Origin: an uncultured Ignavibacteriales bacterium
GTDB lineage: Bacteria > Zixibacteria > MSB-5A5 > GN15 > FEB-12
Reading direction: 5' to 3'
Assembly (NCBI GenBank): GCA_964464605.1
Contig: CAYXJN010000008.1
Span: forward strand, 1 to 64,000
DNA length: 64,000 nt
In this document: positions 50,201 to 59,849 of the stretch, piece by piece
How the letters are laid out: each line of letters begins with the position of its first letter
Numbering within the stretch: the stretch's first letter is position 1
Program-made: the position numbers and the translations under genes
Notes under the pieces: model-generated
The model's database searches: none
Seen by the model: only the letters and a program-made list of their open reading frames with translations
Told to the model about the DNA's origin: nothing

Positions 50201-50431
50201 CTTTATTGAATCAGCACCACAGCTATCCAAGTAACTATAGATCGATATTGGCATGTACTGTGTATCGATAGGAATAACAGACAAAACTCCGAAATCAAAA
50301 GATTGTGAACCGTCAACGATAATAGCTTGTGCCGGTTCAATTTGAGATTCAGCTTGGACAAGGATTGCTGCTGTCGCGATTAGGTAAAAACAAAAGTTTT
50401 TGACGTTCGTTAGTAACGAAAAATGTTTCAT
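47210..50431 (-). CDS. Secreted S8 peptidase with parallel beta-helix, Ig-like and dockerin domains; AT-rich
   Basis: IDTG, GHGTRMAG, GTSAST; GGAI/N-x-A helix repeats; WYWKVRA; divergent dockerin ending TCP. Confidence 0.85.
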   Translation of the reverse strand: MKHFSLLTNVKNFCFYLIATAAILVQAESQIEPAQAIIVDGSQSFDFGVLSVIPIDTQYMPISIYSYLDSCGADSIKKVFPDFNPVDTIFTRPSGKVVKLNNLSLIYRVYFSSEIDWAAFDSGYMAIDGAAFTSPVPITEMTEIFPTDTIFYNPTQGYLRNWRTDSTQGATGVSVAWEKTRGKANQKIGLIDTGVQGSHPDLAGRIAGGLQTDNVGHGTRMAGIMVANTNNYIGVAGINWRAKLYTLSSNNIPIAIWGCTEEQANPINMSFRNWNAASDQASACGYAWLSDHVLVASTGNDASSAATYPAAFKSVFSVGANNTITGSIEPFSNQGHGIQVTAPGDFIAMISHNGGYTIEYGTSASTAMVTGIISLLKAAEPSLLADEIEAVVQLTARDRGASGYDDVYGWGIVSADSAVNYVRKHNFIRMSGPYTTLTQTQGTHQHSFYRQELLHGIAAGTYFTQTYSAKRYFDFSQYNLTQPPTVILRPRDIDGYSFANANDQFPWARIVNGTLTSTGCWVETVAYKITNINGQSIWLPCPDGNCQSAPDVDLQVTVVVPNIPNILPVPSQFASLQAALDFARDNDTIVIAPGTYTGSGNKNLDVNGKKLIIRSSGGAASTIIDCQGSGRAFQFDNFETPDCKLVGITIQNGNDPQYGGGIYFGSGSPTIDSCIFTNCTAPNGGACYFASDFQTYNPSLKACSFLGNNTSQKGGAIYFGRHSHARISNCTFKGNSASGTGVGGAIFVDTMSSIDVQIDSCVFDSNLAVNGGGAIRVEGKANIFANTFVKNSSTNNGSVVDATGANAIVTLNRLNITNNLGGAIKASSSASITLSCSNFYQNTSNIASGSTFNPTIPSGTLIAQNPIYCNYATGDYSLRWDSPCGPSLVPGACVGLPIGAKGIGCTPAITLSAPANASIQTENSPAFDWNDIPGNYAVRYKLLVDDDPAFGSPLIDSTNLSVSSLAATNLFRVKNWYWKVRARNHFTSNPADTMLSEWSAVHSFWSVCGDAKNQSTNPSIQDVVYLVQYLYNGGPAPVYYNSGNVNGIGIITTADVSYLVAYLFNNGEFPTCP

Positions 50432-50497
50432 TTGCGCTCCCTTTGTATAATCAGTTGCATATTTGTAGTTTTATCAATGGGTTAATTTTAAAAGCTG

Positions 50498-51376
50498 TCA
50501 TGGAGGTGGTGCAGGGTGGTGGGTTACCTGTTTCATGTTTTCTCCGTTTATATCGCATTGCCAAATTCTAATCCAGCCATCTGGTGAGGGGCCAGAAAAA
50601 AGTAATCGTGTGCCGTCCGGTGAAACGCTCATAATTTCCGAACCGTCTGCTATGAATATACTGCTCCCTTTCATATCGCTTCTATATATGCGCCCTCTTC
50701 CATCATTGTAAAAAACATATTGGCCATTGGGAGTCCATGCTGGATATGTGCCTTTTGTAGCCAGTTGAATCAGTGTCGTATCTTCCAAGTTCAACAAGTA
50801 AAGACCACCCCTATGAAATGCTAACTTTGTTCCATCTTTGGAAATTGCTGGCTGTTCGCCGGATATAATGGGAATTGACGTTCCGGAATCTAATGAATAT
50901 CTGTGTATGGATGAACTCCAAATAGAGTCTGTTTTTTGACTTGAAAAATAAATGTACTTACTATCATTCGAAATATCAAATATCCCCACTTCTGCAGAAA
51001 AACCAAGATCAACAGCTATCTTGCTATGAAGGTTAAATTTTACGAATTGGAAGCCATATGTTAGAACAATCAATTCAGAATCACCAGGTAACCATCTAAC
51101 AATTCCTCCGGGTGCTCCAGCCGGAACCTTAAATAAACCGAGTGAATCAGTGAGGTAGAGTCCCAACGCTATTGCACCTGTACTGTCAAAAGCGCTAAGA
51201 TAAGCTATCTTGCTGCCATCTAGCGACCAAGCAGGATATACATCTGCTTTGTGGATAGGCTTCTCAGGATCTGGCCCTTTGGAGCTTTTACAACAAACAC
51301 AAAGCGTAAGTAAGAAAAGGAAGCCTATCAAGAAACTAGACCATTGATCTATCCATTGCCTCATACAACTTCTCAT
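50498..51376 (-). CDS. TolB-like PD40/WD40 beta-propeller, probable lipoprotein; AT-rich
   Basis: PAWSLDG, PAISKDG, PAWTPNG, VSPDG repeats; N-terminal hydrophobic stretch ending in Cys residues. Confidence 0.8.
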   Translation of the reverse strand: MRSCMRQWIDQWSSFLIGFLFLLTLCVCCKSSKGPDPEKPIHKADVYPAWSLDGSKIAYLSAFDSTGAIALGLYLTDSLGLFKVPAGAPGGIVRWLPGDSELIVLTYGFQFVKFNLHSKIAVDLGFSAEVGIFDISNDSKYIYFSSQKTDSIWSSSIHRYSLDSGTSIPIISGEQPAISKDGTKLAFHRGGLYLLNLEDTTLIQLATKGTYPAWTPNGQYVFYNDGRGRIYRSDMKGSSIFIADGSEIMSVSPDGTRLLFSGPSPDGWIRIWQCDINGENMKQVTHHPAPPP

Positions 51377-51434
51377 ACTACCTTTATTCCAATAACGAAT
51401 TGAACTACATATTTGTCAAATACAGTGTCATACA

Positions 51435-53021
51435 TCATTTCACAAGCAGCATCTTACGGGTTAGTTTTTGGTCGTCGAGCTTAATGGTGTAGAAATACAA
51501 TCCTGAAGCGAAGTTATTGGCATCCCAACTCACTAAGTTCGTGCCAATGTCTGCGATTCCCCGGACAGTGTGAACGACTTCACCGAGGATATTACGGATA
51601 GTCAAGAGAAACGGAGTTTTTGACACTGACTCAAAGCTAATAGTCGTCGTTCCATTAAATGGATTAGGATAGTTTTGATGTAAGATAAAAGATTGAGGTA
51701 ACTCAGCTTCAGGCTCATCACCTACACCTGTCGAAATACAACCCATACCATAAACTCCAACACGTTCTCCACACAAACTTTGACCTTCTAGGCATGATGA
51801 AGATTGGCTCAATTGATAGTCATAAGAAATAGGGTCACAAAATTGAGGGTCTAAAGAAAAATTATTGTTTTGGTTTTGTAGAGAATCAAAAGTTGGTAAC
51901 CAGTCGCCATACTCGTTTCCAAAAATATCAGTACAGTCAATGGAGATAGTGGCTGAAGAATCAAGATAAATACTTTCGGCTTCTTCATTAAAGGCAACAA
52001 TGCTCTTATTGAGAGTAACAGCTGAGGTATGGCAGAATATTCCTGCGCCAGTACCAGTGAAGAAATCTGGCCATCCTTGAGCTATATTCCTAGCAATTGT
52101 GCAATTAGTTATCGTTGGGTTTGTGAGATAACAATATAGACCGCCACCTTTGCCATCATCCCATACCACACCAAAGTATGTCTTTGCAATGTTGCCCGTT
52201 ATTTCACAATATGATAGTTCCGGTAAGCCATCACGCAAGTATATGCCGCCACCGATACCTGCACCGACAGGCTCAATACCTCCATATATCTCAGTGATGT
52301 TGCTTGTGATCCTGCATGAATCAATCCTCAAATTTGAGTTAGTGGAAGATACCCCCCCCCCCACATTGCTTTGGTTATTCCTGATATGACAGTCGATGAT
52401 TTTAGAATTTGAATTATCACAATGAACTCCTCCCCCAAGTCCTCTTATTGTAAACCCAGAGTAATTTAAAGCTACGTTAGAAGATATAGTGCATTTGCTT
52501 ACAGTTGGGGAGCTATTAAAAATAGCCAGTCCCCCCCCCGAGTTTTGCGCTCGGTTTTGTGTGATGATACATTCGGTAACTATTGGAGAAGAACCTGAAT
52601 CACAGAGAATTCCGCCTCCGTTTGATTCAGTCAGCATTGCGTTATCCGGGGCATAGCCGTTTTGGATAGTTAGGCCTTGCAGTATTGAAAGTGAATCTTC
52701 GCTGGAATGAAAAATGAACCCGCGATGGGGACTAATGGAGTCGGCCTGGCAGTCGATGATGGTGTTTGCGGCGCCGTTAACCGATTTCACGACAATCGCT
52801 TTCCCCAGAAAGTCGATATCCCGGTTGCCGTCGCCGGTGTAGGTGCCGTCGTTAATCAGTACCGTATCAAAATCAACCGCGGCATTGATAGCGCTTTGAA
52901 TTGTACCGTAATCCTCCGGAACGCGGAGAGTTGAAGCCGATACTTGCAATGCGGCCAATGAACAAAAAAGTATTGACCACAATACGCCGCCGATGCTATT
53001 CAGCCGTTTGGCTATTCCCAT
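51435..53021 (-). CDS. Secreted right-handed beta-helix protein with T9SS type A sorting domain
   Basis: VPEDYGTIQSAI, repeated GGG-I/L/V units, QNYPNPFN...YFY...RKMLLVK. Confidence 0.85.
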   Translation of the reverse strand: MGIAKRLNSIGGVLWSILFCSLAALQVSASTLRVPEDYGTIQSAINAAVDFDTVLINDGTYTGDGNRDIDFLGKAIVVKSVNGAANTIIDCQADSISPHRGFIFHSSEDSLSILQGLTIQNGYAPDNAMLTESNGGGILCDSGSSPIVTECIITQNRAQNSGGGLAIFNSSPTVSKCTISSNVALNYSGFTIRGLGGGVHCDNSNSKIIDCHIRNNQSNVGGGVSSTNSNLRIDSCRITSNITEIYGGIEPVGAGIGGGIYLRDGLPELSYCEITGNIAKTYFGVVWDDGKGGGLYCYLTNPTITNCTIARNIAQGWPDFFTGTGAGIFCHTSAVTLNKSIVAFNEEAESIYLDSSATISIDCTDIFGNEYGDWLPTFDSLQNQNNNFSLDPQFCDPISYDYQLSQSSSCLEGQSLCGERVGVYGMGCISTGVGDEPEAELPQSFILHQNYPNPFNGTTTISFESVSKTPFLLTIRNILGEVVHTVRGIADIGTNLVSWDANNFASGLYFYTIKLDDQKLTRKMLLVK

Positions 53022-53100
53022 TTATGAAACCCTTTGTGAAATACCCTACCGGTAAGAACGGGCAAAAGCTGTTTTTTGTCAAATCAAAGCGCCAAAAACG

Positions 53101-53131
53101 AAAAAGCGGGTTTACGCAAACCCGCTTTATT
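53101..53131 (-). terminator. Intrinsic terminator after the M14 gene
   Basis: AAAGCGGGTTT-ACGC-AAACCCGCTTT with flanking A/T runs. Confidence 0.75.
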
Positions 53132-53157
53132 CAAAAAAGGTTAGTATAATCGAACTA

Positions 53158-55710
53158 TTACGGACAAGCTAAGGCGGGGCCGGAGTTGAACAGATAACCG
53201 ACCAAATACGTCAAATCAGCAATCGTAATACCACCAAGTCCATTTACATTCGCTGCATTAAGATTCGGCGGTGTTGGGCCGCCGTTAAACAAATAGCTGA
53301 CCAAGAATGTTAAATCCGCAATAGTTGGTCCTGCGCCGTTGCCGTTGCAATCACCGCAGATAAATTCACATGCATTACCAACACCGTTTTCATTGGTGTC
53401 TTCCTGTAACGGATTCGCTACGTTCGGGCAGTTATCGCATGCGCTTCCGACGCCGTCTGTATCAGGATCTTCCTGAAGCGGGTTCGCAACTAACGGGCAA
53501 TTGTCAGATGCGGTCGGAACACCGTCGCCGTCACCGTCGGCACTGAACGGCGGGAAAACGATTTTATCGACCCAGACACGATCAAGCGCCAATGCGGTGC
53601 TGCCGTTTTTTACATACGTCCACATAAAGGTGTGGTTGCCCGCTGTGACCGGGAATGATACCTCTTTCCAACCCGTATTGCCTGACCAGACACCCTTTTC
53701 AACACCGTCGATAAAGAAGCGAAGGCGATCGTTCGTTGGCTGTGATGATGTGCGCAGCACGAATGAGACAGTGCCGGAGTCAAGATTTGTGAGGGGGAGG
53801 GACATGGAAGAGCTTTGATTGTTGCCGACCGGGCCGGATCGTGCGCTGTACATGCCGCTGTTTACATAACCGCCGTCGATTATCCATGAAGAATTACCGG
53901 ACATCTGCCAGGTATTGTTCGTGAATGTTCCGCTTTCGAAACCATCGAAGGCGCGTCCGACGGGAATGGTGAATGTTTCTTCAACCGGGTCAGCACCAAG
54001 AGTAGTGAGAATGCCGGTAAGTGTTAGATCAGATTGTGCAAATGAAGGAGGCAGTGCGATGACATGGTCAATAGTTGTGCGATTAACGGCGCCGTTGGCA
54101 GATATTGTAGGGAACGGTGTCGTTGTGGTTATAACCTGCGCATCGGCGGTGTACAAACTACAAGCGGCAGCCATCGCGCTTGTACCGCCGCTGTTGCGGG
54201 CAGCAATGCGTAACACAAACGTATCGCCGGGTAAAATCGGTTTTGCGCTCTGACCGAGATAGCCAAGTAGTGCATTGCCGGGGACAGGTTTCAGCAGTTT
54301 GTTTACCGTAACTGCTCCGCCGTTCGGTACTACTATACCCCATACCGTGTCGGGAATATATCCGGGTGCGGAGAAACGAAGATTATACGTTCCTGCCGGA
54401 AGCATGCGATAGTAGTCACCAAGATCCGGGTCGGTTCGGACATCCGAGCTGTCGTTATCATACGAAAGTACGGTGACGAGTGCTTCAAGCGGATTACCAC
54501 TGATTGAATCGGTGACGATACCATTGATGCCAATTTGCGCCTGCCGTAAAAACTGGAACAAAGAGATGCGGTTATAATTCCAATGATTCGGCAATTGAGA
54601 GCCGCTGAGCAACTTTACGTTTGAGAGTTCAATCGTTATTTCTTTGGCGCCATGCCAGTAGTTCATGTAATCCTGACGGCCGCCCAACACTTCGTACCAA
54701 TCCCATCCGTGCGTGATACCGTCGTTGAGATCATTCATGTATCCGGCAGGAGCATGGGTTTGACAGGATTCGGCATATTGACGGCAGATTGACTGATACC
54801 AGATATCATCGGCGTGTCGCTCCTGAATAGCATCCCACGGATAATTCACCACTTCTGCGCCGCCGTGAAAGTTTGCCGCGATAACAAAATTCTGCGCGAC
54901 GGCAAGATTCATCATTGCCACGGTTTCCGGCTGGTATGAGTTGCCGTCCGGGTGTGCGCCGGCATGCGGGTCGGGGAAATTACGGTTTAAATCGATATTG
55001 TTTGCATTATAGCGGGTTGCGCCGCTGACGGAGCTATTGCCGGTGCGATAGGTGCCATCCGGATTCGCTAACGGATTAATCCAGATTTCCATGTTATCGA
55101 CCATGTTGGTGATGTCGGGATTGACACCATATCCGGTTAAGAGTGAATCGATCATGCGGAGCATGAGCACATAGCCGGTGGTTTCATCACCGTGCATTGA
55201 GCTCGTATACAGCACTTCCGGTTCTGCTTCTTCGGTGGCGACGTTATCCGAGATTCGCGCGATGAGCATTTGCCGTCCCTGAACCGTCGTGCCGATATTC
55301 TGAATCTGGCAGAGGTTCGGGTAGTTGGTGGCGAAATTGTTCATCATCGTGACATAATCAGTATAGGTTGGGTAGCTGTCCCATACTTGCGCATCCTTCA
55401 CGCTTGCGGCCATTTCTGGCACAGTTTGCGTGTTGGGAAGCGGCAGGAAGGTGTAGCTATAACCGAGCGCCTGAAACCGCGCCAACTGTTGTTCGTTGGC
55501 GAAGGCAAGCATGACGGTATCCGAAACTCCGTCGATATCAATAACGCGGGTGAGTCGGCTGATATCTTCACGATCTTTGATAATCACGCGAAGATAATAT
55601 TCCGTTGCCGCCTTACTTTGCGTTAGCGGCAGTGCTGCTAAAACCAACAAAACGAACATCAGGAGACCAAGTCGCGCCATGATGTTACCGGTAAAATGTC
55701 TCCGTTTCAT
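53158..55710 (-). CDS. Secreted M14 zinc carboxypeptidase with TSP3 repeats and dockerin
   Basis: HGDE, NPDG, DLNRNF, NFHGG...YPWD, GGRQD, ITIE; DNCP repeats; duplicated TIADLT. Confidence 0.9.
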   Translation of the reverse strand: MKRRHFTGNIMARLGLLMFVLLVLAALPLTQSKAATEYYLRVIIKDREDISRLTRVIDIDGVSDTVMLAFANEQQLARFQALGYSYTFLPLPNTQTVPEMAASVKDAQVWDSYPTYTDYVTMMNNFATNYPNLCQIQNIGTTVQGRQMLIARISDNVATEEAEPEVLYTSSMHGDETTGYVLMLRMIDSLLTGYGVNPDITNMVDNMEIWINPLANPDGTYRTGNSSVSGATRYNANNIDLNRNFPDPHAGAHPDGNSYQPETVAMMNLAVAQNFVIAANFHGGAEVVNYPWDAIQERHADDIWYQSICRQYAESCQTHAPAGYMNDLNDGITHGWDWYEVLGGRQDYMNYWHGAKEITIELSNVKLLSGSQLPNHWNYNRISLFQFLRQAQIGINGIVTDSISGNPLEALVTVLSYDNDSSDVRTDPDLGDYYRMLPAGTYNLRFSAPGYIPDTVWGIVVPNGGAVTVNKLLKPVPGNALLGYLGQSAKPILPGDTFVLRIAARNSGGTSAMAAACSLYTADAQVITTTTPFPTISANGAVNRTTIDHVIALPPSFAQSDLTLTGILTTLGADPVEETFTIPVGRAFDGFESGTFTNNTWQMSGNSSWIIDGGYVNSGMYSARSGPVGNNQSSSMSLPLTNLDSGTVSFVLRTSSQPTNDRLRFFIDGVEKGVWSGNTGWKEVSFPVTAGNHTFMWTYVKNGSTALALDRVWVDKIVFPPFSADGDGDGVPTASDNCPLVANPLQEDPDTDGVGSACDNCPNVANPLQEDTNENGVGNACEFICGDCNGNGAGPTIADLTFLVSYLFNGGPTPPNLNAANVNGLGGITIADLTYLVGYLFNSGPALACP

Positions 55711-55755
55711 ATTCCTCTTTCGATTCACAAGATGACTTCCATTTCATTGTTCCTA

Positions 55756-58700
55756 TCACGGGCAGTTAAGCGGCGGGCCGCTGTTAAATAGGAACTGGAC
55801 TAAATAGGTCAGATCGGCAATGGTCAATGTTCCGCTGCTGTTTACATCGGCTGCCTGTGGTACAGGTGGCGGAACACCGCTGTTGAACAGATACTGCACC
55901 AAATAAATCAGATCAGCGATAGTAACGTTACCGTTGTTGTTTACGTCACCACACACAAACGACGGACCACCGGTTTGCACCTGGAGCGTTCCGAATATTT
56001 CCAGCGGGTTTTCATTGCCATCCGGATCATTGCTCGTGATGACAATGGTGGAATGGTAGGTGCCGGAATCCAATCCGGATGAATTCGTGTGCGCGATAAT
56101 CGTATCGGCTTCACCCGGGTTGACTGTGCCATTCAATTGGCTCAGTGTCAGCCATTGATACGGCTGATAGAACCGTACCGCCAAACTGTTGTGCAGATAG
56201 CTTGAAAGATAAGCTACTTCCAATCCATCCGAACCGGCCGGATTTTCAATACCGACCGCACAATTCAAGATATCGAAACCGGGGGCGATGTTCTGATACT
56301 GGAACGTAACCGAACCATCCGCTTCGAGAATAACTTCGGCGTTGATGATATCACCGACCGAGCCCTGATATTCAGGATAGTTTTTAAACTGAATAATCAG
56401 TTTGCTGCCGATAGTCTGCATATACACTTTGCCGCCGGGGTTGTTCAAATTGGTCGGATCAAGATCATCCCACAACCAGGCGAGAATATTGTTCGGTGTC
56501 GAAGCGGTCGGTATAGTCGCTTTGAAACGGGAGCCCATATTGTCATTCGTAAATCCAATAATGCCGTTCGAGCCGATATAGAATTGCGTGTAAACCTGAC
56601 CGTAATACGGGAAACTGAATCCGATATTGAATGGTCCAACGGAGTTATCATCACTCAAGCCGCCGGTCACATCGGTTCCGGTTCCGGAAATGTCGATCCA
56701 TGAGAATGTCGGGCCGCCGGATTCATCAGAATCAATCCAGTAGTAGCCGAAATTGTCCGGTCCACCCGCATCCTTGTTGACTGGGAAACCGGTGCGGGGG
56801 TCATCTGACCCTTTTGGATCTTTGTACTGCTCGAATCCTTCCGGATACTCGCGGCGCGCCGGTTCGGTTAATCCGGCAAAGCGCAATTGTTCGAAACGAT
56901 CGCGTGTTTTATTCGGGGTCGGAATCACTGCTGCCTGATAGACAAGCGTGCCCGGGCCGAGGTTAGTGATAATCAGATTGTCAGTTGTCGAATCATCCGG
57001 CGCAAGGGTGTGATTGATGCTAAACGGTGTCGCATTAATATCCGGCGCAGGGAGTGATTCGATACGAACGTTATCGACAAACCAGTCATCACTGGCGCCG
57101 ACACTGGCGCTGTTGCGAATTCGCAGACGGAAATTCGGACCGTAGGCATCACCGGGGAGCCAGACAAAGACGGAATCATACGTGGTCATGTCCGGAGCGG
57201 TTCCTAAATGACGGTGCAGCTCTTTCCAGGTTCCGGTACTGTCGCGGTATTCGAATACCAAGTCATCATTAACGTCCGGTGATTCACCGCCGCCTTTACA
57301 TTCAAAGAAGTAGCGAACGGCAACACTGGTTTCAAGGGACAGATCAATTGCCTGCGTGGAAAGCGTATCTGCTCCCACCGGGCTGCCATTCATGCGAAGA
57401 CTGTACGGGGCGCTCGGTTCACTGATACCGACGGTATCGATCGTCGCGCCGACATTATGCACCCATTTACCGGCATCCACTGCCGTAGCCGGGAAATTGT
57501 CGACAAAAGGAAGCAAGAGCGGCTCACCTTCGGAAACGGTGCGGAGAGTAGACGCATCAAAGGTGCTGCCTTGCGCAATCGATGTCGCGGTGATAGTGGC
57601 TAAATCAAAATTGCCAAATACACTGGATGGAACAATAACGCTGACATCGAACTGGTACGTGCCGTTCGGCGCCAAGGTCGGCGTCGATGAAACCGTCATC
57701 GTATGCGCCGTATTCCAAAGCGTTGTTGTCCAGACATTACCTGATGCAGCCAGCGTGTAGTTATCACTGATAGCCCCTAAGTTGGTAACAGTGAGTGAAT
57801 ACCACACGGTATCGTCTACTGCACCGAACGCGGTATCGGAAGCGGGAGTGAGTGAAACGGCGTAGTCGAGTACTGAGAAGCTGAGCGTATCGGTAACATC
57901 GAATTCACCGGTCGTGTCAGCAGCATAGAGATAGTAATCGATATCTGTACCGGCTGATTGTGCGGGAATAGTTCCTTCGTATTCATCTGGGTTACCGGTC
58001 GCAGTAAGCTGCTGTCCTGTCCAGCTTCCGGCGTTTATACGATAGAACAATTGCAAAGTCGGCAGGTCTAATGGTTCTGGCGAAATGATTTCGCAGATGA
58101 CGGAATAATCATTCAGCGTGTCTTGCGTGTCATTCAGCGGCGTGTGTGTAATTTTAACTCCGGCGGCATCACGGCCATCAAGGATCAATGTTCCAGTATT
58201 GTCCGGGTCGAGCCACTCTTTCAACCGGGTTGCTACTGTTCCACCGGTCGCCCATGATTTTGAAAACTTGCCATACCAGTCGGAGGTCAGCGATGCGCAT
58301 GAAGCGAATCCACCGTGGAGCTGACCGGTGATGCGATGATTTTGATCGAAAAGCGGTGAACCGGAAGAACCGGGTTCGGTTGTTCCGTCATCCCACATCG
58401 TAATCCGCCAGTGGGAGCCATTACCGGCGCCATTTTCTAAATAGGTGGTTGATGTGGTCGGGTCGTTATCGAATGAAATCTTTTTGATATCTCCATCCGG
58501 ATGGTGAATACCAACTGAGTTGGTGGATGGTGCATCCACTGCGTTCCAACCGGCATAATAGACACCGTAGGAGTCCGGCGGTTGTTCGCTCAGCTCCAAA
58601 AGCGCGAAGTCAGAAAAAGCATTGGTGGCGCGAAGGGTGGAGCCGGAGACTGACATCCAGAGCGGGCCGTCGATATTCGCACAGCTCGGGCTTTCATAGT

Positions 58701-59508
58701 TGAAAATGAATACCCAGGTCGCTTCGCCGCCAAGGCAGTGATTTGCGGTAAGGAAGTACGGCTTCAAATCCTGACGAACGTTGTTTACCATCGCACCGGT
58801 ACACAAACGAAACCCGCCGGAGGTAGTGATAAGGGCAACGGAGCGTTTTTCCGCTTCCCATGGGGCGCCTTCGGGACAGTTGACGTTGTTATTGCAGGAG
58901 CCGGAGCCGCCGAAATCGGAAGCATCCTTTACCGTGCTGCGGTCGAATAAATTGCGGTAGGCATGCACGATACGGCTGATCTGTACAATTCCCCATCCGC
59001 GAACATCAGCCGGTTCATAGTATTCAAGGATGCTGACATCCCCTTTGACCGGTGAAGTCGCAAACATGCCGCTTTCTTTGTTGTTGTCAGAGGTGAACGC
59101 ACCCAAAGTGACGGAGCGGTCTTCATTGTAAATATGGAATGTCGCACCTTCAGGGAGCCAGAAGCGTTTGAAGATAAGATTAATGGAATGAGCTTTGGGA
59201 GCATCGATACGCAGCCGCCAGACACGGCCGCCGTCGGCGAGATCTTCCCATTTTCCTGAATTGTCGAGATTGTAATCAACATCGAAGGGAAACCCGAAGC
59301 GGAGCGGGATTCCTTTTTGCGATTCGGCAGAGTCCTCAGCCAATAACTTGGGAACGTCGATTGCGTCCATTATTATTCTGGGAATCTGCGGCGAAAGCCC
59401 TTTGGTGACACTTAGGGGGGAGCCCCCCTTACTGACTTGAGCCTGACCCGATACGGCCATAACCACTGTCAATGCGAGAACGCATCCAATGTGCGTGAGG
59501 TTACGCAT
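55756..59508 (-). CDS. Secreted S1 lysyl-endopeptidase-like protease, multidomain, with dockerin
   Basis: CTG, LTANHC, DFALLEL, HHPDGDIKKIS, TEPGSSGSPLF, GQLHGG; GGPDNFGYYW domain; duplicated TIADL. Confidence 0.9.
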   Translation of the reverse strand: MRNLTHIGCVLALTVVMAVSGQAQVSKGGSPLSVTKGLSPQIPRIIMDAIDVPKLLAEDSAESQKGIPLRFGFPFDVDYNLDNSGKWEDLADGGRVWRLRIDAPKAHSINLIFKRFWLPEGATFHIYNEDRSVTLGAFTSDNNKESGMFATSPVKGDVSILEYYEPADVRGWGIVQISRIVHAYRNLFDRSTVKDASDFGGSGSCNNNVNCPEGAPWEAEKRSVALITTSGGFRLCTGAMVNNVRQDLKPYFLTANHCLGGEATWVFIFNYESPSCANIDGPLWMSVSGSTLRATNAFSDFALLELSEQPPDSYGVYYAGWNAVDAPSTNSVGIHHPDGDIKKISFDNDPTTSTTYLENGAGNGSHWRITMWDDGTTEPGSSGSPLFDQNHRITGQLHGGFASCASLTSDWYGKFSKSWATGGTVATRLKEWLDPDNTGTLILDGRDAAGVKITHTPLNDTQDTLNDYSVICEIISPEPLDLPTLQLFYRINAGSWTGQQLTATGNPDEYEGTIPAQSAGTDIDYYLYAADTTGEFDVTDTLSFSVLDYAVSLTPASDTAFGAVDDTVWYSLTVTNLGAISDNYTLAASGNVWTTTLWNTAHTMTVSSTPTLAPNGTYQFDVSVIVPSSVFGNFDLATITATSIAQGSTFDASTLRTVSEGEPLLLPFVDNFPATAVDAGKWVHNVGATIDTVGISEPSAPYSLRMNGSPVGADTLSTQAIDLSLETSVAVRYFFECKGGGESPDVNDDLVFEYRDSTGTWKELHRHLGTAPDMTTYDSVFVWLPGDAYGPNFRLRIRNSASVGASDDWFVDNVRIESLPAPDINATPFSINHTLAPDDSTTDNLIITNLGPGTLVYQAAVIPTPNKTRDRFEQLRFAGLTEPARREYPEGFEQYKDPKGSDDPRTGFPVNKDAGGPDNFGYYWIDSDESGGPTFSWIDISGTGTDVTGGLSDDNSVGPFNIGFSFPYYGQVYTQFYIGSNGIIGFTNDNMGSRFKATIPTASTPNNILAWLWDDLDPTNLNNPGGKVYMQTIGSKLIIQFKNYPEYQGSVGDIINAEVILEADGSVTFQYQNIAPGFDILNCAVGIENPAGSDGLEVAYLSSYLHNSLAVRFYQPYQWLTLSQLNGTVNPGEADTIIAHTNSSGLDSGTYHSTIVITSNDPDGNENPLEIFGTLQVQTGGPSFVCGDVNNNGNVTIADLIYLVQYLFNSGVPPPVPQAADVNSSGTLTIADLTYLVQFLFNSGPPLNCP

Positions 59509-59849
59509 TCCGTCTCTCCTTCTTGTGGTCGCAGGCATACCCTGCTGTAGAAAATTAATTACTCTTTATCGTACGTATTGGGGGAACAATAGCGATCAGC
59601 GCCGGATGACAGGACATGGTGCCTGCTCAAATGAGCCTCTGAAAGCGGCGGTCCCGGTAATCTGCGAATACGAAGCAAGATAAGCAATTTTTCGGAAATG
59701 GGAACCCCTTTTTTGACCGGTGGTCATAATGGAAAGTAGACCCGGACAGCCGGAGGATTGATGAAACAATTTGTCAATTTCGGCTTTTGGGGTATATTTC
59801 TGTGACATCAACATTTCTCAGACAGACAACTACATTTCAGAGGTAAGAT

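Noticed and set aside
59540..59849. Riboswitch in the divergent intergenic region
   Set aside because: No c-di-GMP or other aptamer consensus recognised on either strand
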